From Dudresnaya verticillata (Eukaryota): DNA of 64,000 nucleotides. Both the position numbers and the translations under genes were made by a program. Below are positions 21,110 through 30,187 of the stretch, in pieces (position 1 is the first letter of the stretch; each line of letters opens with the position of its first letter). Below the pieces are notes generated by a model that saw only the letters and a program-made list of their open reading frames with translations, was not told the origin of the DNA and made no database searches. The stretch lies in the NCBI GenBank assembly GCA_977862235.1, contig OZ374563.1:1612001-1676000 (forward strand). Direction: 5' to 3'.

Positions 21110-22543
21110 CTACACTACAAGGCTTGCCTGCTTAGGGCCACTTGGCAAAAATCTTCTCAGAGTTTCAGCACCTTGGTCAAGCGTGCCCTCAAATAGGCCA
21201 CCAAGTCCCAAGCGATACAACCAGCGCACTGGCCTCAATAGAACATGATGTGCGAGGAGCGGATGTACGGCGGTGGTGTAGGTCGAAACAAGGACGCCAT
21301 CAACGACGATGTCGCCATGCAGGGTGTGCGGCGCAAACTTTCCATGCATCCACACCCTGTCAACACCAACTACTTTGTCAGCTTTCCCATTGGCCAACGT
21401 GACACTATCGCCTTCTCGTACGTCCGAAGCTGCAATGAGTCGGTCGTTGAGGTGCACGTAATGCCCCTCGGAGAGGGTGACAGTGGCTCCCGAAGCGGTA
21501 CGCACCGACACATACGGGTGTTTGGAGGCGGCGTCATCGTCGTTGCCAAGAGCGCGATGCGAGAAGAAGAAGACATCTGAGGTCACGGCGTTTGTAGCAC
21601 GGACAGTGTCGCCGACGTGGAGATCGGCCATGCGACGGCGCGAGCCGTCCGACAGCTCGACGGTGGCAGAGGCCGGGAAGCACGACCCGGCACCAGAGCC
21701 GTCGTCCGGCGGGGCGTTACCGACCTCGTCGAATACGCCGCCACGGGTCGGGCTTGGCTTGGGGGTTCCGTCGCTCTCAGGCGGGAAGGTGCCCAATGGC
21801 GAGGGTTGCGGGGTGATAGTTGGCGGCGGGGAGGTCGGGGGCGGGGAGGCGTCTGGATTTGTAGGGTCTGCAACCGGGCCGGGCGGGAATTCGGTTCCTC
21901 CGCCCAACTCGTCGGCCAGGTAAACGCAGCCAAACTTGCGCTGGCCCTGAAAGGTGAGCAGGAGCCACTTGACGGAAGCGCGGAGCTGGATGGTGTGCAG
22001 GAGGAGATCCCAGGCGGGCTCAAACCAGAGGAAGGCGGTGCCGGGGCGGAGGCGCGAGTCTCCGCAAATACGCTCGGAGAACTCGTAGCCGATGACATAG
22101 CTCTGGCCCTCGACCTGCGAGAGGAAATTGTCCGAGATCCAGTTGGCGGGGGTGCCCCAGCCGGCGCGGGCCCAGGCGTCGAGGGCGCCCTGCTCGTTGC
22201 CGATGAACGGGTGGTCGTTCTGGACCGCGAGCAGGCCGCCGCCCGAGGTGCACGACCGGCCGTCCAGAAGGGTGTCGACGTGGCGCACCAGGGCGTTGAA
22301 GCGGACCGGGAACGGCAGACGCGCCGGCTTGTCGCGGTCCTCAAACGTGAAGGTGCGCACGGTTAGGTTGGACGGACAGTACGACGCGTCCGCCACCAGC
22401 GACGACACGTTGTACAGGACGTAGCGGCCGATGACGTCGTTGAGCGTGGTCTCGGCGCGCGCCGCGCGCGGCGCGTGCTGCAGCACGGCGACCACCGCGG
22501 CCAGCACCAGCAGGCGCGCGCGGAGCGGCGGCGGCGGCGGCAT
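21110..22543 (-). CDS. Secreted Hint (Hog)-domain autoprocessing protein
   Basis: Signal peptide, Cys-containing N-domain and Pro-rich linker. Then S/CFPASATV...DG..RM..L.VGD.V, TLS.GHY, APHTL.G.IVVDGVL.STY and an SRR-like tail. Hint Cys codon at 21682-21680. Confidence 0.92.
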   Translation of the reverse strand: MPPPPPLRARLLVLAAVVAVLQHAPRAARAETTLNDVIGRYVLYNVSSLVADASYCPSNLTVRTFTFEDRDKPARLPFPVRFNALVRHVDTLLDGRSCTSGGGLLAVQNDHPFIGNEQGALDAWARAGWGTPANWISDNFLSQVEGQSYVIGYEFSERICGDSRLRPGTAFLWFEPAWDLLLHTIQLRASVKWLLLTFQGQRKFGCVYLADELGGGTEFPPGPVADPTNPDASPPPTSPPPTITPQPSPLGTFPPESDGTPKPSPTRGGVFDEVGNAPPDDGSGAGSCFPASATVELSDGSRRRMADLHVGDTVRATNAVTSDVFFFSHRALGNDDDAASKHPYVSVRTASGATVTLSEGHYVHLNDRLIAASDVREGDSVTLANGKADKVVGVDRVWMHGKFAPHTLHGDIVVDGVLVSTYTTAVHPLLAHHVLLRPVRWLYRLGLGGLFEGTLDQGAETLRRFLPSGPKQASLVV

Positions 22544-22603
22544 GGCGGGGAGGGGGGGAACGGCAAGGGCGCGCGGCGGCGGCGGCGACGACGACGGGGA
22601 TGC

Positions 22604-22604
<1 letters not shown>

Positions 22605-22633
<29 letters not shown>
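22605..22633 (+). repeat. (GGC)n microsatellite in the GC island
   Basis: Uninterrupted GGC run upstream of the Hint gene ATG. Confidence 0.8.
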
Positions 22634-22635
<2 letters not shown>

Positions 22636-23482
22636 AGGAGCGCGCGGGTGCGGCGGGCGTGTATAAGTGCAGGTGCGGAGCAGCGGCTACGGCGCGACTG
22701 TGCGACTGTGGCGGGGCGGGGCGGCGCGCGGGTGTGGACGGTGGAAGTGATGACTGTGGGGGTTGCGAGGGGTCTCGGTGTCGGACGCGATGTGGGAATG
22801 CGGAGGGAGGGCGCGGCGGGGCGGTTGTGACAGTGGTGGACTGTTGGGCGGACGACGCGCCTGTCTGCGTGTGCGTCTGTCTGTCTGGCCGCGGCGGTGA
22901 CGAGAAGCAATGCGGGCGCGCGTGTGGGTGTGTTGCGTCTGACAGACCGTGTCTGCGAAAGGCGCGATGCGCGGCGGGCGCGGCGGTGCGCGGCGCACAC
23001 ACACGCGGCGGCTCTCGCGCGGCCGCGGATCGCGGCGGAGGTTGTGGTTGGCGGCGCAGGCAGCGCGGTGCGGGAATGCGCTGTTTGAGCGCGCCTGTCC
23101 GGTGGAACGCGACGTGCCGGCCACCGCCTATCAACGACGACCGACCGACGCCTCCGACACGGCAGACTGCGCCAAGCGGCGCGGCTTGGTTGCCGCTGCG
23201 GTTGCCGCTGCGCCACCTCGCGCTACGTGCGCGCCGTCACGCGGCACACGTCGCGCTCGCACGCGCGTCCGCCGCGCGCTCTCTGCGTCCACCGCCGCCG
23301 CCCCGCCGCTGTAAGCCCGCGCGCCTTACTGCGCCGCGCGCTGCCGCAGATCGCGATCGCCCGCGCCGCCCGCTCCGCGCGCCGCGCGCCGCGCCGCCGC
23401 CGCCGCCGCCCGATCCGCCCTACTTCCGCGCGCCGCCGCCGCCGCCGCCGCCGCCACGCCGCGCCCGCCCCCCACCCCGCCA

Positions 23483-23483
<1 letters not shown>

Positions 23484-23522
<39 letters not shown>
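23484..23522 (+). repeat. (CCG)n microsatellite
   Basis: Run of CCG triplets in the TOM22 leader. Confidence 0.8.
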
Positions 23523-23525
<3 letters not shown>

Positions 23526-23536
23526 GCCGCCCCCAC

Positions 23537-24025
23537 ATGGCCCCCGGCATGCCCGCGCCCACCGCGCCGGACGCTCCCTCGTCCGCGCCCGCGCCCGCGT
23601 CCGCGCCCGCGCCCGCGCCCGCGCCGCCGCCGGCGCTGCCCGCCGGCGCGCGCGCCAAGCCGTCGCCCGCGCCGCCGCCGCCGCCGCCGCCGCTGGCGGC
23701 GCTGCTGGACACGCTGGAGGAGGTGCGCGACGCCGTGGTCGAGACCGAGCTGGCGCAGGCCGCGGCCGAGCGCGTGCGCGCCGCGCACGTCGTCGCGGCG
23801 CGCGCGTGGCACCTGGCCAAGGCCGCGGCCTGGGTCGCGGGCACGTCGGCGCTGGTGCTGGTCGTGCCGCTGCTGTACGAGATCGACAAGGAGCTGGGCC
23901 CGGGCTTTGAGCCGCCGCCTGCGTCGCCCGCGTCCGCGCCCTCGTCTGCGCCGGCCGCGCCCGCGCCGGCCGCGCCCGCGCCCGCCGCCCCAGCGGAAGC
24001 CCCATCCCCGCCCAAGCCGTCGTAG
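23537..24025 (+). CDS. TOM22: Mitochondrial import receptor TOM22/Tom9-like
   Basis: TM signature AAWVAGTSALVLVVPLLYEIDKE, matching plant Tom9-type KAAWIAGTTFLILVVPLIIEMDRE as recalled. Pro/Ala-rich flanks. Confidence 0.8.
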   Translation: MAPGMPAPTAPDAPSSAPAPASAPAPAPAPPPALPAGARAKPSPAPPPPPPPLAALLDTLEEVRDAVVETELAQAAAERVRAAHVVAARAWHLAKAAAWVAGTSALVLVVPLLYEIDKELGPGFEPPPASPASAPSSAPAAPAPAAPAPAAPAEAPSPPKPS

Positions 24026-24465
24026 CGTCGTGGTGGATACTGCCGCCCCTGCATCGTCGTCGCCTGCGCTGCTGCTGCACGTATGTACGCTAGTATAGCG
24101 CTTTTGCCAGCGCGCATCGCCGGTCGCCGATCGCCGAGTCATCGTGCATCCCCGCCGTCAATGTAGCCACAAGGAGCACGTTTCATCGCACGTTTCATCC
24201 ACCGCATCCAACTCTTGCACCGCAACTCTTGTCGCCCCACCGCAACATCGCCCGCAACCGCCAACCGCAATGGTCCCGTGCAAGGAGAGAGACATCCGCT
24301 TCGATTCATCGCTCCCCGCGACCGAAACGAAGCAGAAGGAAGAACAAACAACCAAACAAACAAAAAAAAAAAAAAGGCCCGGCAATGCTTCCGAGCTTTG
24401 CCTAAACTCTTCTGTTCTGTGTATTATTATGTTACAACTCCCTCCCACACCCGCCCGCCCCCCAC

Positions 24466-26745
24466 CTACGCACTGCCTTTCCGATCCGACGGTCGGTGCC
24501 CCTGCAGTGTCTTGCCCTTCTTCCCATCAGTCGCCTCCAGTTTGATCCCCTCGGCCGTAATGCATTCCCCCTTGTGGTACTTGCCCTGTCCATGGCACCC
24601 GATTAAATCCGCTACTCGCTGCATCGGCACCAGGTAGCTCGACTTGTACCCTTGCTTGACGCTCTCCTCAAACGCCTTCCCAAGCTGCCACAGTTCAGCC
24701 ATATCCCCGTGCAAAGAGTCCGTCGACCGCGCAATCCCGTGGTACCGGTTGAACCCATGAAATGTCAGCACAAACGGGAACTTCTCCCGGTGCTCCAACT
24801 TCCAAGGCGCCCGGCAGATCCCTCTGGTCAGCAAAGTCCGCGCCGGCCCGGCGTACCGGTTCACGCACATGTACAACCGCTGCGACCCGCAGTTTCGGCA
24901 CAGCCCCGCCGTGTCACGCTCGCACATTTCAATATGGGGCCGCAATGCCTCCACAAGCGTCCGCGACAGCACGATTGCCGCCCCTTGCGGTACCGCCGGA
25001 CACCCCATCTTACAAAATGTGTCCCCACACATGTGCGACACCATCCGTGCCACCCGTCGTCCGTTCAGTACCTGGCTGATCCCATACTCCACATGCGACC
25101 CCCGCAACTTCACTGGCACGTCCTCCGATGTCATGTAACAATGCTTCCCACCATACTTTTTGTGCAGGTCCCGAAGCCAGTTTGCAAACTTTCCACCGTC
25201 CCCATTGTCGATGCGTGCTTGCTCGCCCGACCCACCCCAAATCCTAACTCGATGATCAAACATGGTGAGATACTCTCTCATGCCCCCCGGAAACACAAAT
25301 GTATCATCATCCACGAGCGCAAGCCACTTAATGTCAGGGTTGTGTTTCAACACCCGATCCCAACTTTCCCGCACGCGGACAAGATGACTCCACGACTGCA
25401 TCAGCGGCAGTCTCTTTTCAATCTTGGGGTCATGCGGTTGCACCACCACCGTGTCTCGGCCGCGTGCAGCTTGCATCTCATCCCGATTCCGCGGTTCATT
25501 CGTGAAAACCGTAAGACGATCCTGCGGCACCGCAGTCATCCACGTCTCAGACTGTGCACTAACGCGTTCATCAAATGTAGGTTTGCCCGCAAGGATTGCA
25601 TAAAACACTTCGCGCTCAGTAATGATCGCCGGTGAAAGCCTCCGACCAGTCTCGTCAATGACATGAACGGTGGTTCGGCATCCGACCCTGTTGTTGATCT
25701 CCTTGGCAATGGCCACGAGACCCGCAACCCCTTTCTTAGGGTCGTAAGCCTGGCTATGAGGTGGCGTCACAAGTTTGTCCCATTCACGATAGACATCGCG
25801 ATCGTCAACGTCAACCATGTTCGCGGTAGCATCCAAGGCCATCTTCCGCATGTTGAGAATCAGACGATCAACTCGCTGACACATGACGCCGTCGGTACGA
25901 GGACCCTCAAGCAGGTCCAGATGCCAGTACGCTTCCCTAATATCGTTGACGTTGAATCGCAAGACGACGGTACCCAAGTTGCCATTCCCGCGTGCCGTGT
26001 TCATGTTCCTCACCTCGCGGCCAGATTGTTCCCATGGGAAGGTTAGGCGTCGCACGGTATCCGCTACAGCTAAAGATTGGACCTTTGTTGCGTCGCGATC
26101 GGTGCTGTCATCGGCGTCCACCAGGGAGACCTTCTCCGTGGCGTTCACAGCACCTGGAACAACGCCAGTGTACACATTGAAACGCACTGCTTTTCGCCCC
26201 CGGACCTTCCGTACATCGAGAAGCGCCGGCTCCATTGCCGTATTGGCTTCAAAGGCGAGGGCGCAAAAGCCGCGCATCGAGCTCTGTGTGGCGCGCAAAA
26301 ACTCCTCCAAGAACGAGTTGCCATCGCTGAAGAAGGCATCGAGATGGCGGCCATCCTTGGCACCAAACTCAAGATATAGCCATGAGCACGGATGCAGAAA
26401 CGCAGACTCGAAAGTGGCCTGCTTGGGCAGGAAGGCATGAACGTCATGCGTGAAGTGGGTCTCCTCGCGATTGGGTTCGCGGAAAATCCTGCCGGGGAAT
26501 GGGACGTGTGCGACACGCAGAACGACGAAAAGGATGACTACGGCAAACACGAGCAGCAGCAGCGGTATGGTCCACGGGCGGCGGCGCAGCGGGCGGGCGG
26601 CGAAGAGTCGGGCCTCTGTGCGCGCGGTGCGCAGCAGGCGGCGCAGGCTCTTGAGCAGCGCGCTGCGCGGGCGGGCGGTGGAGGCGGCCGACGCGGACAA
26701 GGCGGCCGCGGACGCTCGCGACGACAGCGACGCGGACGAAACCAT
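24466..26745 (-). CDS. Type II Golgi protein: FkbM-like methyltransferase-fold domain fused to a Fringe-like (GT31) glycosyltransferase
   Basis: Basic tail and one TM. Then YLEFGAKDG / CALAFEAN (SAM-fold-like), followed by ERV.A..ETW, KWLALVDDDTFVF, GAAIVLSR.LVE.L and LTFH. Confidence 0.8.
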   Translation of the reverse strand: MVSSASLSSRASAAALSASAASTARPRSALLKSLRRLLRTARTEARLFAARPLRRRPWTIPLLLLVFAVVILFVVLRVAHVPFPGRIFREPNREETHFTHDVHAFLPKQATFESAFLHPCSWLYLEFGAKDGRHLDAFFSDGNSFLEEFLRATQSSMRGFCALAFEANTAMEPALLDVRKVRGRKAVRFNVYTGVVPGAVNATEKVSLVDADDSTDRDATKVQSLAVADTVRRLTFPWEQSGREVRNMNTARGNGNLGTVVLRFNVNDIREAYWHLDLLEGPRTDGVMCQRVDRLILNMRKMALDATANMVDVDDRDVYREWDKLVTPPHSQAYDPKKGVAGLVAIAKEINNRVGCRTTVHVIDETGRRLSPAIITEREVFYAILAGKPTFDERVSAQSETWMTAVPQDRLTVFTNEPRNRDEMQAARGRDTVVVQPHDPKIEKRLPLMQSWSHLVRVRESWDRVLKHNPDIKWLALVDDDTFVFPGGMREYLTMFDHRVRIWGGSGEQARIDNGDGGKFANWLRDLHKKYGGKHCYMTSEDVPVKLRGSHVEYGISQVLNGRRVARMVSHMCGDTFCKMGCPAVPQGAAIVLSRTLVEALRPHIEMCERDTAGLCRNCGSQRLYMCVNRYAGPARTLLTRGICRAPWKLEHREKFPFVLTFHGFNRYHGIARSTDSLHGDMAELWQLGKAFEESVKQGYKSSYLVPMQRVADLIGCHGQGKYHKGECITAEGIKLEATDGKKGKTLQGHRPSDRKGSA

Positions 26746-29700
26746 GCCGGTGTGGTGCGCGCAGGCGGCACGCGCGGGGAAGGGGGGGGGGAGAGGGACG
26801 GTCGGTCGGCCGGCGCCGGGACGGGGAGGAGGGCGGAGCAACTGTGAATTCAAGAGGTGGCGGTCGGGAGGCACGCAGAGTATGATGCTGGCTGGCGGGG
26901 CGCGGTGGCAGCAGCGCCGTTTTCGCGGCAATTGGCTCTGCTTGTTTGGTGCGACCACGGCTGTGTCTGTCTGCGCCCGGCCACGTCGGGGCGCGGCCGC
27001 GCGCGGCGCGGCGCGGCGGATGCGCGCGTGGATGAGGTGACGGAAATGAGGCGGAGCGGAGACGCGCGCCGGGCGCTCCGCTCGCGCCCAATGGCTCCGC
27101 AACGGAGACACGCCTTACACTGACGCGCTAAATCCGCGGCGCGCCAGCGGTGTCCAAATGTTGAAATGTTCCAACGAAGACGAAGCGCAGATCGGCCTGC
27201 CGCGGTGCTTCGCAAGCGCCTGAAGGCGCAGTCGCAGCTGAGCCAGGCGACTCTGGCGACAACAACCATTTATTGGGGGCGCGGTGCGACGAAGACGCCA
27301 CAGCGCCAACGCTCTGGACAGTCGGCCCAAAACTATACGCAATTCCCAGTCGCCTTTGGACAAAAGCTGAGTGATTTGCACGCAGCGCACGAGCCTCGTC
27401 ATGTATCTGTGACAATCGCCAAGTCTTTGGGTTGGCCTCGTCGCGCACAGCAATAACATGCACGTGCATCCATCCACCCACTGCTTGACATCTGCGAGAG
27501 TAAGCGACTGGAACTGTAGATATTGTGCACACATGTACCAAGGGGACTGTGATTCTATTCTATCTACGGGCAGTGGTAGGGGCGATTGATCTGCATAATC
27601 CCACCCGCCATTCTATTCGCCCTCGTGCCTCCGACCTCTCGACAGAGAGGCTCCGAAACTCCTTAACAACCTGCAGCCAACGGAGTGGAAGGGCTCAGCA
27701 CCGCAGCACGGCAGCACAGCTATCTTACCTACTGCCCACGTTCGCAGCCTTGGACGCTCATTCCGCAAAAAGCCTCCATCCAGATATCGAGCACGGTTGG
27801 AAACCCAAGTACGAACGTGTCAGAACAACCCTGCCGCGTCGCTCCAGCAAGCGCCCTGGCTCTTTGCACGTACGGAGTGGAGACCCCGGCAAGAGACATG
27901 CCACTGAGCGGGCGCGCACAGCCGCATTGTAGCGCGCCGCGTACTGTAGCGGTGCAGCTTCTGCAATCCGCCCCGCCACACAGGCTACCGCACTACATCA
28001 TCCAGTTCCGAACGCTGGCGCAAGGAGGTGTACCTCCCCGCGCCGCCGGTCGGGTTGTCCCTGCAGTCGCGAGATGATGCCCAAGTATCCACCAAATCTC
28101 TCCTTGCTGCGCACGCACCCGTGGCATCGTTCTTGTGGCTGTCGCAGCCGCCCGACGATGTGTCAGAGAACGCCTGACTACCGTCCGCTTGCGCGCCACG
28201 GCAAAAATCCCAGTGGACAGTTCAGAGTAATTCAGATTACATGCGAGTAGTGCATCGCCCAGATCTGCCCACCTTGAGTTGGAAGTTCAGGAAGAACATT
28301 GTAAGGCACCCCAGCTTCGCGGCTACACGCAACGAGATAAGGTCAGTCTTCATCCAGCCAACAGCATGCTCATGCGAAATCGACAATTCGCCCGGCTGGC
28401 TAGTTGGTCAATCGAGAGTCGCAATAGAGAAAAAGAGAGCCTTGGAGGACAAACCTTCTCCCGCAGCCAACGAATCCTTCTTCAGGACGGCAGTGCAGAC
28501 ACAATTTACCTTTTACCCTCACGGAGGCAGTTCACATTGGCAGAACGTAACAGCTCGGCTAGAGTTACAATTTTCATCCGTACGCCTCTACACATGGGTA
28601 CAAGCGAACCGAGACACACTAACATCCATAACCTTCGAGCTGCAGTGCCGTGCGTTTAGAACGTCGAATACTACCGAGAGTGACGGTACTGCAACACGCG
28701 CTTCGGTGGTCCTCCTCCGTGCCAGCATCTCGTTGCCGCGCTCCATTTGGGTTTGCGTGCTCATGGTCTGTACCCATGATAAAGACCTCAAACGCTTCGA
28801 GTCTGTACCATGTGGCCTGTTTCAGACCGTCTGTACCATGTAGTCTCTCCAAGACTCTACTGACAGTCGGCCTAGTCCAGCACTGCTATGTTTCTTTAGG
28901 GCAACTGCAGATGCAGCAACAGCAATTCACAAAACATAACGACAGAGAGACTATCACAACTGGTCACGATGACGCCCTGCATGTGATGAATATGAATATG
29001 TAGCAATGTTTTTAGTTACTTGTTCGCGTCAGACACATTATCAATGGAGCCTGGTTCCACCATTAACAAAATGGGAAGAACGACTGGTGGCACAGAATTA
29101 TCATTGCGTCCACAGCTGCCCCTCACCGTGTGCAGCAGCTCCCGCCAACTGCATGCTCTTCTATTCAGTTCCTTCCATCTGCCCTCACTGCTCGAACACG
29201 GTTCCACTATCATTGTCTTTCGACTTACATTCAGCAGCTGCTACGTACGGAGCACACAATGCCAGCAATTACCTTCGGTATCGCACCGCTCGGAAGCAGG
29301 CAGATTGCCAGTGATACCGTCGAAAGCATCCCTTTTCGCCAGGCTCCCTCACCATGCAGCGTGTGCCACGCTCGTTGACCCTTCAGATATGAGGTTGTAG
29401 ACTAACCACGACACAACCACTCTGCACCACTGTATGTATAGTAACTGAATCGTAGACTCAATGAAAGGCTGATTTATTTGCCCTCGCTGTCCCTGCCGCA
29501 GTCCCCTCCCGTATAATATATTCATTACCTGTGGAACTTCAGTAAGGTCAGCGTAGCCTTGAGCAATAATGCTAGCGGTCACTACTACTCATAAAAGCGA
29601 AGAAAAAACTGTCGACTAACATTCGCAGGACACAAGGAGGGGGCGCAAAATGTATAGGCGTGTATTTGCAACTTCTCCATCTTCTACACTTCCCTCCATT

Positions 29701-30187
29701 AACGATTCAACAGCAGCCACCATGATTCGGTGCATCACCGCTAACGTGTACCCGTAAAGCTCCCAAGATACCTCAAGGATATTGCGAAGTGGAGCACCCA
29801 CACATACATACAGTAGACGTAGTCCCTGCAGTGGCTGAGAAGAGAACAGCGCTACCGTCGCCTTAGAGATCCGACTAGTAATGGTTAGAACTCATCTGGC
29901 ATAAGGCGATGGCAGGGTCTGAACCCGCATGATCGGAAGTTCTTGAGTAGACCGATAAGTGAATGCGATTCGATACGGGCAACGTTCAGAGCACCCATTT
30001 CGAGCCGTGCAGGTTAGTCGATAATATGGGGTCAGCGCCCAGCCCTTTAGCTTGCTGTTATTGTTTGTATACAGTAAAGAAAAATCTACAGTTGACCTAC
30101 ACCAACTACTTGAAACCGTCTACTTCGACAATTCCCGTTCGTATGCCTTCCCACAAGAAAAAACCTACCTCGCAATTCTACTGCAAT

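Noticed and set aside
22341..24142. Many long overlapping Arg/Pro/Ala-rich ORFs (also at 3931-5286 and 52085-55000)
   Set aside because: These are shadow frames caused by stop-codon scarcity in extreme GC DNA or antisense to real genes.
28241..28843. 200-aa ORF in the 27.1-30.1 kb gap
   Set aside because: No motif and no coding-like composition; treated as intergenic or unknown.
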